A DNA stretch of 64,000 bases from Eledone cirrhosa (lineage: Eukaryota), in the NCBI GenBank assembly GCA_964016885.1, contig OZ024743.1:322090001-322154000 (forward strand). Reading direction: 5' to 3'. This document shows, in pieces, positions 1 to 10,667 of the stretch (position 1 is its first letter; each line of letters opens with the position of its first letter). A model generated the notes under the pieces. The model was not told where the DNA came from and searched no databases. It worked only from the letters and a program-made list of their open reading frames with translations. Made by a program: the position numbers and the translations under genes.

Positions 1-463
1 AAAGTGTTTATATTTATCTAAATTAAAATTTATGCAAAAACCCCTGTTAAGTTGCGAGCGACTTTCTCATTGTTTTAAACGATTCTTTATAATTCCTTCG
101 GATGTATTTTCTTCTGAAAAACACCCAACATCGCTACCCCAATGATGCAAATCCGGATGGTGTTGGTGAACGTTTTCTTGTATGTATGAGCCCATATGCA
201 GACCGCCTCGTGGTCCCTGGGGACAGAATGGGGGAAACATTGCTACTGAGGAGGGCGAGAGAGATGCATTGGAATAGCATATCGGTTGATTTAATTCTTT
301 GATTTCATTGCTATTCATCAGGATTGCAACCACCACCACCACCACATCATTCAAAAATGGTGATGATAGTAGCGGAACATTATTTCATTGGATAATACAC
401 ATTGTCTCTCTTGCTTTCTGTTTCAGTATTATTTCAGTGTAAAAAATATAATTTATCAATATA

Positions 464-510
<47 letters not shown>

Positions 511-513
<3 letters not shown>

Positions 514-872
514 GATATTAACAAATGGAAACTATATTTATAAAACCATATTTATTTCATTATACATATTTCAAGGACACCAAGTTAAATTATGGTGTGC
601 TACTATCCGGGAGCTTCCAACAGTAATGGTTGCATTTTTTAAGGGTATGTCAATATTTATTTATAAAACTGATCTATATTATATTTTATCTGATGAAAGC
701 ACACCATAATTTAACTTGGTGTCCTTGAAATATGTATAATGAAATAAATATGGTTTTATAAATATAGTTTCCATTGTTAATATCGTATTTTTACTCCAAA
801 TATTTGTTGAGTGTTTTATATCAGTTATAAAAATATTTGCTTGTTGTATCCCAACAATTTAAATAGAACTTT

Positions 873-876
<4 letters not shown>
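511..876 (+). mobile_element. Short non-autonomous PLE-type element with 5' inverted duplication, in (TA)n
   Basis: 511-601 is the reverse complement of 698-787. Hammerhead at 682-746. (TA)n at 465-510 and 877-910. Confidence 0.75.
682..746 (+). ncRNA. Type I hammerhead ribozyme motif
   Basis: Stem I UAUUUUAU/AUGAAAUA. Core CUGAUGA at 690-696. Stem II AAGCACACCA/UGGUGUCCUU (1 mismatch). GAAAU-AUGU-AUA. Confidence 0.72.
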
Positions 877-915
<39 letters not shown>

Positions 916-1295
916 CCCTATTAGCCCCATTTACATACCAGCTATGTGAGAGCGAGAAACTGAATTCTAATTTTGTTTTTAATTTCGGCAAAGCCAGCCG
1001 TAAAATGGCCCCGTATGCAAATGAGGCTAATCAGCAGATGTATACTTTAAGAATTATTATATATTTTCAACAGTTCAAGCGGGTGGCAAAAAGAGATACA
1101 CAGACTTGACAAAGGCCAATAACCCAGAAACAACGTTGTTGACTGTTTCTCGACGTCACTGATAGAGCAAACGGATTTCGGTGGTCATCTAAAAACAGTA
1201 TAATGAGGCTTTTTACTTGTAAACGAATCGAATATTATTATTATTCGATATAAAACTCAAAAATACATATATATATATATTTTTTTTTTATTACA

Positions 1296-1466
1296 TAATA
1301 AACAACACAATATAATTAGTCCATTACCAAAGGTTTCAGAAATCTAGACAATCCTCACAGAAATGTCTAGCTCGTTAATCAGAAGAACAAGCTAGACGTT
1401 TCTGTGAGGATTGTCTAGATTTCTGAAACGTTTGGTCTAGGACTAATTATATTGTGTTGTTTATTA
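1296..1466. repeat. ~77-bp inverted repeat (fold-back element)
   Basis: 1296-1372 pairs with 1390-1466. The right arm has a degenerate UGAGGA...GAAACGUUU motif. Confidence 0.75.
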
Positions 1467-1548
1467 TTTAATTAAATGCATCTGTACTATATATAGAGCA
1501 TTCTTCTTTCTTTTACCTTTACTACGAACTACTTAACACACACACACG

Positions 1549-1627
<79 letters not shown>

Positions 1628-1699
1628 GTATATATACATACATATATATACATACATACATATATATACATACATACATACATACATACATACATACAT

Positions 1700-2307
1700 G
1701 GTGGCTGCCAACTCGTTTTCGAGTACGGCCACTACTTTATATCCATGTAGGAGAACCCCTACCGAAGCGCTGAACGAGTGTGACTTTTTAGTCCAGCCAG
1801 CGACTTGAAAACTCTGGTACAAACACTACACTTGTGACAATTATTGACACATAGTGCTGGGCCCATGGTACCATGTGAGGACAAGTGCAGAGAGATCTCC
1901 AGATATAAAGCAATGCCTGTGCCGTGAAGCTTTTATAGTGAGCAAAGGCACTGCACAAAGCCAGTCCCACTCTCTTAACCAAGATGATATTTACCAAAAA
2001 GAAGAACAAGTCAACATCATTGGATACCATCAGGGTTGCAGGTGTTATATCAGAGTTTTCCTTCTCCTAGAATTCTGCCTTGACAAAGGCTAAGGGGTCA
2101 TCTCTCCCGGTGATTTTGGATGGCCATTGACTCTTAAGAGCTCCTTTGCCCTTTGACAGGTTTTGTTTTTAGTCCTGCAGGATGTCCAAAGTCACCCTCC
2201 TCACCAAGAAACCTTGGTGGGGTTGCCAGTTTAGTCGCCAACGACCCGACCATGAGACAGGTTGTACTGGGATACATGTTACCAGTAGCACCAACTGGTG
2301 ACCTGAC
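1700..2307 (-). mobile_element. Non-coding RTE-related short retroposon with (ATGT)n tail, inserted in (TATG)n
   Basis: Near-identical to 60753-61312 in opposite orientation. 3'-end-only copy at 49892-49981. Contains TCTAGGAGAAGGAAAACTCTGA, resembling RTE 5' UTRs. Confidence 0.75.
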
Positions 2308-2312
2308 ATACA

Positions 2313-2348
<36 letters not shown>

Positions 2349-2854
2349 TATTCATACATATATATACATACATATATACATACATATATATATACATATA
2401 TATATACATATATATATACATACATACATACATACATATATACATATATATATATATACATATATATACATATATATATATATATATACATATATATATA
2501 CATATATATATAGTTTAGCGAGGTTTTTTATATGAAATCGTGTGTCGAAACAAATATTGTTATACTTGCTGAGGGTCATATTTGTGTAATATTGCCAGAA
2601 TTAATAACAGAACACACTCACTGTTTGGTTGGTTTTCGCTTCTCGCTGTCTTTTATATCTGCGATCTAACTTAATCGGTAAACAACTTAAAAGGTAAACA
2701 ACAACAACAATAATAACGGTAGTAGTAATATAAACAATAACTCTGGGTATAGTAATAACAGCCATAACCATAACAATGGCAGGAAAGTGAGAAATAGTGA
2801 TAATGGTAATAATACTAGCGATAGACAGAACAACAACAACCACAATAATAATAA

Positions 2855-2916
2855 TTGTTTCTACTTTAGGCACAAGGCCAGCAATTACCCAGTGCATTAC
2901 TGGTACTTTATTTTAT
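2855..2916 (-). mobile_element. 5'-truncated SINE 3' end inserted into the PLE N-terminal region
   Basis: Matches the 3' end of the SINE at 37512-37695. Flanked by (AAT)4 on both sides (TSD-like). Confidence 0.85.
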
Positions 2917-3133
2917 AATAATAATAATAGAAACATTAACCACAGACACAGCAACAGCGACCACAATAGTAATAACGGTAACAATACGAACAACAACAAC
3001 AATAACCACAGTGGTAATAATGGAAATAGTACATGTAGCAACATCAACCACAATGGTGGAAATAACAGTAACAACAACAACAATAACGGTGAAGTAAACA
3101 ACAATACATCTAGCAATCATAACAATAATAATA

Positions 3134-5659
3134 ATGCTAATGAGCAATCATAACAATAATAATAATGCTAATGATAGAAACAACAACAACCACCCTGATA
3201 ACAACAATAGCAACACACACACACACAACTATGACGATAGATATAATGACAACCCCTTAGAAAAACTATTTTTCAACCCAGCTGACAAAACATATAAGAT
3301 GGGTAATATCTATCCTACGAGGTTACCCTTTAATAAAAGAGTTTGCATACCACAGCAAATAGATGACGAGACAGAGGCACAGTTCACCATAGCTAGAAAT
3401 AAGATTAGACAAGTAGTAGACAGGTATACTAAGAGACAGAGCAGACCAGAGGCCCAACAACTTGGGAGGAAACCTGTAGAAGGCTTGGTTAGCCTCAAGC
3501 AGCGCACAAGGGATGGTGAGGTAGTGTGTCTACCCACAGATAAGTCTGGTAGGATGTCAATAGATAGCATGCCGAACTACATCGAGGCTATGCAACCCCA
3601 CATCACCAACACGAGCGAAGTTGCACAACAAACACACGATGGGAGAGAAAAAATCCTCAACGCTCACATGATGATGTGGACTGACATCCTAAAGCCAAGC
3701 AGACGCACTGCCAACAACTTCCAGGCGTCTAACAATGGCATACCACCCTTGTATGGGCTCCGTAAAGACCACAAGACAGTCGACGACCCGACAACAGGAC
3801 CACCAACAAGACCCGTATGCGGAGCTAATATAGCTAGCAACTACAGGATCTCCTACTTCCTCTCGATGGTTATACGCCCCATAATCAAGATGTCCCCAGA
3901 TGTATGTGAAAGTACAGAGGACCTCCTCAGCAGAATCAGTGAGTGCAACAAAAACAGGAGTCTATCCAACTGCATAATAGGCAGCATGGATGTGGTGTCA
4001 CTGTACCCATCCATTAACATTGATTTTGCTGTGAAAAGATGTGTGGAGATGATCATCGAGAGTGAGGTGGAGTTCTGCGACGTCGACACAGACGAACTAG
4101 GCCTCCTACTTAGACTTACCTACGACACTGACTACCTAGACAGCCATGACCTTAGATGTTTCTGCCCTAGTAGACCTATACGAGGTAGACCCCCCACCGT
4201 AACCTCAATGGCAAAAAAGACTCCCATGGGAAGGTGGATTGGGTGGACCAAAGCTATACGGACCCCCCAAAACAATGATCAGGTAAGAAAAATGGTCGCA
4301 CATGCAATAGGGGCTAGTATCAAAACTACCCTAAAGGGCCACATATTTAAGTTCAATGAGAAAATCTACACCCAAAATGAGGGAGCAGCCATCGGCGTCA
4401 GCATAGCTGGTGATGTTGCCAACCTTTTCATGGTATGGTGGGAAAGGAGACTTAAAGATCTCCTTAATGAAAGCTCCATAGACCTCATCATGTACTCTCG
4501 TTATGTAGACGATATCAATATAGTTATAAGAACACCCCCACTAGAGAGCACTAACAAGTTTGAATTAGAACGTAGCACGATGGAAAGCATCCAGCAGATA
4601 GCTAATTCCATACACCAGAGTATAACTGTAACTATCGACTTCCCTTCCAAACACCCTAACAATAGACTACCTGTATTAGACACAGAACTCTGGATTAACA
4701 CTATAGACGAGAGAGCCCAAATTCTCCACTCACACTATGCTAAACCCATGGCCTCTAAATACCTGATACTCAAAAACTCAGCAATGTCCAGTAGTGCTAA
4801 GTTTAATATTCTGATCGCAGATTTGGTACGAGTGATGAAGAATGTGTCCAGCATGTGCGACCCAACAGAAATGGAAAGACACACCCAACACTTCATCAAC
4901 CGCATGCAGTTCTCTGGCTACAACCAAAGAGACAGAGTCAGAGTATACGAAGGAGCCATGGAGAAGTATAAGACCCTCATAGAACTGGACATGAAAGGAA
5001 TTTGCTCATTATACAGGAGCAAATCATGGAATAGCTTAGATAGGGCTAGACATAAGATAGGGAAGGCCACATCATGGTACGACAACCAGAGATATCAGAG
5101 TGTCATGTTTGTGGACGCCACCCCTGGAGGGAAATTAGCTAACCAGTGTAGAAAGGCCCTGAGAAAGACCCACTTAAAAATAAAGGTGGTAGAAAAGCCA
5201 GGAACCACCATAAAATCCCTGATCAGCAAAACCTACCCCTTTAAGAAAACCCACTGTACCAATAGGAAATGTATCATATGTAAGGTGAACCCCCGGATAA
5301 ACTGTAAAACTAGAAACGTAGTCTATAGCATAAGATGTACAGAGGGTACTTGCAGAAACATGACAACAACATACATAGGCGAAACAGCTCGTAGCATAGG
5401 TGAAAGGATAGACCAACACTGGGGGGAACTAAAAGGACGAAAAAACGGGTCAGTACTATACGAACATGCTAGACAACAACATGACGGTAACATAGACAAC
5501 ATAGAAATTAGAATAATATCTAAACATAGGAATGACCCAGCAGATAGGCAAATCAGAGAGGCCAGTGAAATAGAAATTAGAAGACCAAAGCTAAACAGAA
5601 AGAATGAGTGGAACAACAACAACACCCAAACAAACAACACTGACCTAAGAGAAGTATAA
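3134..5659 (+). CDS. PLE polyprotein: reverse transcriptase + Zn-knuckle linker + GIY-YIG endonuclease (possibly Naiad-like clade)
   Basis: 841 aa uninterrupted. RT motifs PPLYGLRKDHK, RPVCGA, GSMDVVSLYPSI, QNEGAAIGVSIAGDVANLFM, YSRYVDD (4502-4513), LPVLD. Linker CTNRKCIIC..C. EN motifs VVYSIRC..C..YIGETARSIGERIDQH, LYEH, RQIREA..I, LN. Clade assignment is by motif recall only. Confidence 0.93.
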   Translation: MLMSNHNNNNNANDRNNNNHPDNNNSNTHTHNYDDRYNDNPLEKLFFNPADKTYKMGNIYPTRLPFNKRVCIPQQIDDETEAQFTIARNKIRQVVDRYTKRQSRPEAQQLGRKPVEGLVSLKQRTRDGEVVCLPTDKSGRMSIDSMPNYIEAMQPHITNTSEVAQQTHDGREKILNAHMMMWTDILKPSRRTANNFQASNNGIPPLYGLRKDHKTVDDPTTGPPTRPVCGANIASNYRISYFLSMVIRPIIKMSPDVCESTEDLLSRISECNKNRSLSNCIIGSMDVVSLYPSINIDFAVKRCVEMIIESEVEFCDVDTDELGLLLRLTYDTDYLDSHDLRCFCPSRPIRGRPPTVTSMAKKTPMGRWIGWTKAIRTPQNNDQVRKMVAHAIGASIKTTLKGHIFKFNEKIYTQNEGAAIGVSIAGDVANLFMVWWERRLKDLLNESSIDLIMYSRYVDDINIVIRTPPLESTNKFELERSTMESIQQIANSIHQSITVTIDFPSKHPNNRLPVLDTELWINTIDERAQILHSHYAKPMASKYLILKNSAMSSSAKFNILIADLVRVMKNVSSMCDPTEMERHTQHFINRMQFSGYNQRDRVRVYEGAMEKYKTLIELDMKGICSLYRSKSWNSLDRARHKIGKATSWYDNQRYQSVMFVDATPGGKLANQCRKALRKTHLKIKVVEKPGTTIKSLISKTYPFKKTHCTNRKCIICKVNPRINCKTRNVVYSIRCTEGTCRNMTTTYIGETARSIGERIDQHWGELKGRKNGSVLYEHARQQHDGNIDNIEIRIISKHRNDPADRQIREASEIEIRRPKLNRKNEWNNNNTQTNNTDLREV

Positions 5660-5930
5660 ATAAGTAAATAAAATAAAATAAAATAAGATAAATAAATACA
5701 TACACAAGCACAATAACAACAAGCACATAAACACACACTAGTCACCCAGCAGACACAACACTATACACACTAGTCACACAGCAAACGTAACACTATACAC
5801 ACACGCAAGCGCATGCGCAAAGAAGACAAAATAAAATAAACAAACAAGCAAATAAATAAATAAATATATAGACAGACTGAATAAAAAATGGCGTAGACAT
5901 ACAACACAACAGGAGGAAAAAATATAACAC

Positions 5931-5968
5931 CACTGACGATGTTGCAGATGTGCAACGAAAGATTTATG
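5931..5968 (+). ncRNA. Minimal type I hammerhead ribozyme motif in PLE pLTR
   Basis: CUGACGA-U-GUUGCA-GAUG-UGCAAC-GAAAG-AU-UUA. Perfect 6-bp stem II, weak stem I. Confidence 0.7.
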
Positions 5969-6211
5969 TAAATTATGTGAACTATATATATGTGTTTGTG
6001 TCTATATTGTATCTGTATTATTTTTGACCGTCGGTCAGTCAATGGCAACATTGAGGACCGATTAAGTTAGATCGCAGATATAAAAGACAGCGAGAAGCGA
6101 AAAACCAACCAAACAGTGAGTGTGTTCTGTTATTAATTCTGGCAATATTACACAAATATGACCCTCCCCAAGTATAACCATATATATATACATATATATA
6201 TATACATATAC

Positions 6212-6242
<31 letters not shown>

Positions 6243-6481
6243 CATATATATATACATATATACATATATATATACACATATATATATATATATATACATA
6301 TAAATATACATATATACATATATATATACATATATATGTATACATATACATATATATGTATACATATATATATACATATATATATACATATATATGTATA
6401 CATATACATATATATACATATACATATATATATACATATATATCCATATATATATATACATATATATATACATTTATATAC

Positions 6482-6513
<32 letters not shown>

Positions 6514-6576
6514 GTGTGTAGAGAGAGAGAGAGAGAGAGAGAGATACATATATATATATACATATATATATACATT

Positions 6577-6636
<60 letters not shown>

Positions 6637-6745
6637 CATATATATATATACATATATATATACACATATATATATATGTGTGTGTGTGTGTGTGTATACA
6701 TACACACATACATACGTAGTATGTGTTTATGTATGTATGCATGCA

Positions 6746-6814
<69 letters not shown>

Positions 6815-7849
6815 ACATAATAAAATAGGACAAATAGAAAGAGAAAAATGAAAGCACAGAATGAGAAAGAAATTAAAGGAAGATGGGTGGGGGAAGAGAA
6901 AGGGGGGGGGGGGGTAAGAGGGGTGGTGGAGGAAGAGAAAGAGGGGTGATGGGGAGGAACATTCTCGCTACTGATAATATAATGTAAATGCCAAACTTCC
7001 TTTACCAAAAATCTTTAGAACTCAACAAGGGTCACTTATTTTTATTCCTAAAAGACCCAGACAGCTTACATATTCTGTTTGAAATAAAAATGATTTTGTC
7101 TTCTTTATTTTTTTTGTTCAGAGGCATGGGAATTAATAGAATTATGTCCAGAAATATGGCACTAGATAATTAAAGGACACAGTCTTCGGTGATGCAGACT
7201 GCTTCACATATACCGTTTAAAAAAAAAAAAGATTCATTGTTTCTACTAATGGAATGGATTTCCGTCAGTTTAGATGAGTTCCTGCTCGTGGAAAGGTATT
7301 CCATAAATGTGTGTACCCTGATCGTAAACCTAAAGGAAATTCAGCGTGAGACGAAGGTTTCTTTTTTAATTCACAAGGGCAGTACTCCTGACAAACATCC
7401 AGACAGTTACCGCCTACTTATTCAAAAGGCTTAGGTCGACCCGAGTTAATGATAAATTACATGATATGCTACGTATTGGGATAAAACACATGATCTTAAG
7501 GATTGAGAAGTGAACACCGTAGTAATTCATCATACCGGGATTAATAAAATAAAGTACCCTTCAAGTATTGGGGGTGGTTTTATCAACTTTACTCGTACCC
7601 CACCTTTATTGGCGCTGTGTCTCAATTACAAACCAATATTGGTACTACTATGTTTCATTTATAAAGTCAGTCTTTACCTGATGTTATGTATAAACAAAAA
7701 CCTTGTAAAAATAAATACAAAACGATATATATATAAGGAAAAGAAATTGAAAATGCAAAGGGGTCTTTTAAGAATATTTATTTACTTTAACGGCTTCACA
7801 GTTCTTATGATTTTCAAAAGTAAAATTCAGATGGAGGATTTATATATTT

Positions 7850-8833
7850 CACCTCAACATTCAACCATGTAGTCTATGCCCTCCGGTGTTCCCTTTGCGG
7901 GTCCATGTACATTGGAAAAACAGTCCGCCGCCTGGTGGACGGTTTCGCTGAACACTTGAGGAACATACGACTCGGCGCGGACACACTCGTCGCTCGTCAT
8001 TTCCGTTCCCAGGGTCATTCCTCCCTATATGTCTCAGTCATTGGTGTCCTTTTACATCACGGATCGCAAACCTCACGCACCAGGACTGAGCAGAGTCTAA
8101 TTTTCCGCCGTGACTACAGTTTCCCTAATGGAGTCAACTCCCCACACCAATTTCTTCTATACCCCTAGCCACTGTCACTCCTACTTTGTCTGCTGTCACA
8201 CATGCGCGCGCACATTCACCCCTCCACCTCCTAGTTCCCTTCATATAGCTCTGTAACGGTTAGAAACACCTCTTACAGCTTCAACAGACCAACAACAACA
8301 CTTACACATCTCTGTACTTACCCTCACAGCTCTGTACGGACCAAAAACCAACTCACACATACACTCATAAACTTATATATACACATATCCTCTTCGCTTC
8401 GTACGGACAAATAACAAACACACATGTACACGCTCTATATACAAAACGATTTTTTCCTCTTCAACTAGACGCTTTCGATCTCCACCTTTAAAATCAAGAG
8501 CAAAATATTTTCTCATACAACAACGCCAGAATCAACAATTTTCAAAAAGATGGCGGCTTGAATAAATCTGTTTTATCTCTAAGAAATTTTGTTTCGTTTC
8601 TGCCACTGCCCACCTTGTCTTCTATTTCTATCTGTCTTTCTATTTCTTCTTTAATTTCTCATTCTATTTCTATCTGTCTTTCTATTTCTTCTTTAATTTC
8701 TCATTCTATTTTTGATGAAGGACTAGCTTCCGAAATGCTAAGACTCTTTTCCTACTATATCAACCGTAAAAATAATAATATATTTCTTCATTGTACTGTG
8801 TCGTTCACTTTGTTATTTCTGTTTGCCTTTTTT
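7850..8833 (+). mobile_element. 5'-truncated Neptune-type PLE: GIY-YIG pseudogene fragment + 3' UTR with degenerate hammerhead (8709-8744)
   Basis: VVYALRCSLCGSMYIGKTVRRLVDGFAEH..LVARHF..TEQSLIF..PNGVN. UUGAUGA-A-GGA-CUAGCU-UCC-GAAAU. Confidence 0.8.
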
Positions 8834-8860
8834 ACACACACACACACACAAACACAAACA

Positions 8861-8976
<116 letters not shown>

Positions 8977-9184
8977 TGTATATATAGTGTATTTTGCAAT
9001 ACACTGTATGCTTAATTAAAAGCATTTCGAAGACCTTGCGCTATTACTTTAAATGTTCAGCAAACAGGGGAGATAAAGCTGACAGAGCTCTGTTTCGTAC
9101 TGATTGGTACTTATCAAAGCCAAGTACTCCACCTGTTTGCTGAAAATCATGATTGTTTGATTCTTATAGAATTCTAGTAATAAT

Positions 9185-9237
9185 CGGTTGCCGGTCAAGC
9201 AGAAATTGAAATTCAATTTCTGCTTGACCGGCAACCG
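9185..9237. repeat. Perfect palindrome, 26-bp arms, 1-nt loop
   Basis: cggttgccggtcaagcagaaattgaa-a-ttcaatttctgcttgaccggcaaccg. Confidence 0.9.
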
Positions 9238-9589
9238 CTCAGAGGACCTTCACATATACATGCAGTCCTCATTTCTGAGGACGGCATGTTTATGTGTAGG
9301 TATGTATATTTCCTCTGATAATTTGTAATATTTTTACATAGATCTTAAACATGATATATATACCAACACACATATACATCCCAGAAACGATCGTAAAATG
9401 ATGAATTCTTTTAATATAAGGAACTTGTTCTTTGTTTTTATTTCATTGTTTTTATTAATTTATCTTGAATGTTTTCCTGTGACTTTTATCGTAAATTTTT
9501 GATTGCATCTTCTCTTTTCATAATATCTTCTATATTTGGATTACATTGAGTTCTTCATACGGATTGGACACTACCGTATATTTTGGTAG

Positions 9590-9627
<38 letters not shown>

Positions 9628-9629
<2 letters not shown>

Positions 9630-9977
9630 CGTTTCTGAATTTGTTTAGCAAGATTCTTTATCTGAAAACGTGTGTTGAAACCGATATTGTTATACTTTGG
9701 AAGGGTCATGTTGCCAATAAGAAACACACGCACCAGCTGTTTCACTTCAATTTATTACAATAAATTTATAAATTTAGGAATTTATAAATTTCCGGTTGGT
9801 TGGTTGGTTTCACAACCAGATGATTGTTTATATATTGTCAAAGTTCTTTCGTCACACATTCTGTGACCTCTTCAGTGACTGGGGATTCTTTTCTTTGTTT
9901 TTGTGCCTCTCCTTTGTTCTGTCCTACGCCATCTTGTTTAAAAACAAGACGGCGTAGGACAGAACAAAGGAGAGGCA
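9628..9977 (-). mobile_element. Solo pLTR related to the 2512-6183 PLE, with terminal fold-back (9904-9977)
   Basis: 9643-9730 aligns with 2513-2620. Hammerhead at 9837-9879. 36-bp-arm hairpin at the 5' end. TA flanks. Confidence 0.8.
9837..9879 (-). ncRNA. Minimal type I hammerhead ribozyme motif
   Basis: GUCA-CUGAAGA-G-GUCACA-GAAUG-UGUGAC-GAAAG-AA-CUU-UGAC. Perfect stems I and II. Confidence 0.8.
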
Positions 9978-10221
9978 TATATATACATAAGAGTGTGTGT
10001 GTTTAAGTTTACTGTCTGTTTCGTAGCGTAGTGGCATGACAAATAAAGATCGATAAAATACGCAGCAGACATTAAAATAAGTACTGTGGTCGTTATAACC
10101 AATTAAATCGTAATCTAATGACTGAAATCAGCAAAAGACTTTAACAATATATAGCGTCACAATCACGCATACATCATCGTTTAACCTTACACATTTATTC
10201 GGGTTATTAATGTCTCTTAGT

Positions 10222-10565
10222 AGGGCGGTGGATTGGTAGTATCGGCAGAGGATGGAACATAATGCTTTTCAGCATAGAGTTACGGCCCTTTACGGTTTGA
10301 GTTCAAATCCCGCCGCGGTTAACTTTGCTTTTCATTCTTACCGGGTCGATAAAACAAAGCACCAGTAACATATTGGAGATCGATTTAATCGACTTTCCCC
10401 TCCCACAAAATAGTAAAAATCATTAATTGCCAATAGTAGAAATCATTAATTGTTTCTACAATTGACACAAGGCCAGCAATTACTCAGTACATTACTGGTA
10501 CTTTATTTTATCGATCCCGTAAGGATGAAAGGCAAAGTTGACCACGGTGGGATTTGAACTCAGAA
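10222..10565. mobile_element. Two tail-to-tail tRNA-derived SINE copies
   Basis: A-box TGGTAGTATCGG, B-box GAGTTCAAATCC, central GTCGATAAAA..ACCAG domain (Meta/MESC-like). Second copy on the minus strand from 10450. Confidence 0.8.
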
Positions 10566-10627
10566 TAGAAATCATTAATGTCTCTTTTGTGCCAAATGTA
10601 GAAACAATGTCTCTTAGTCTGTTTAAT

Positions 10628-10649
<22 letters not shown>

Positions 10650-10667
<18 letters not shown>

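Larger units (their letters stand above)
2512..6183 (+). mobile_element. Penelope-like retroelement (EN+), 5'-truncated with inverted pseudo-LTR, inserted in (TA)n/(TACA)n
   Basis: Contains the RT+GIY-YIG ORF. 2553-2679 is the reverse complement of 6057-6183. Hammerhead motif in the 3' pLTR. Both flanks are TA-rich microsatellite. Confidence 0.93.

Noticed and set aside
67-354. 95-aa minus ORF with faint resemblance to a decayed transposon protein
   Set aside because: Motifs are too degenerate and split across frames to support a call.
5660-5930. SECIS element / selenoprotein coding as reported for some Naiad PLEs
   Set aside because: The ORF has no in-frame TGA, and no AUGA..AA..GA hairpin is evident after the stop codon.
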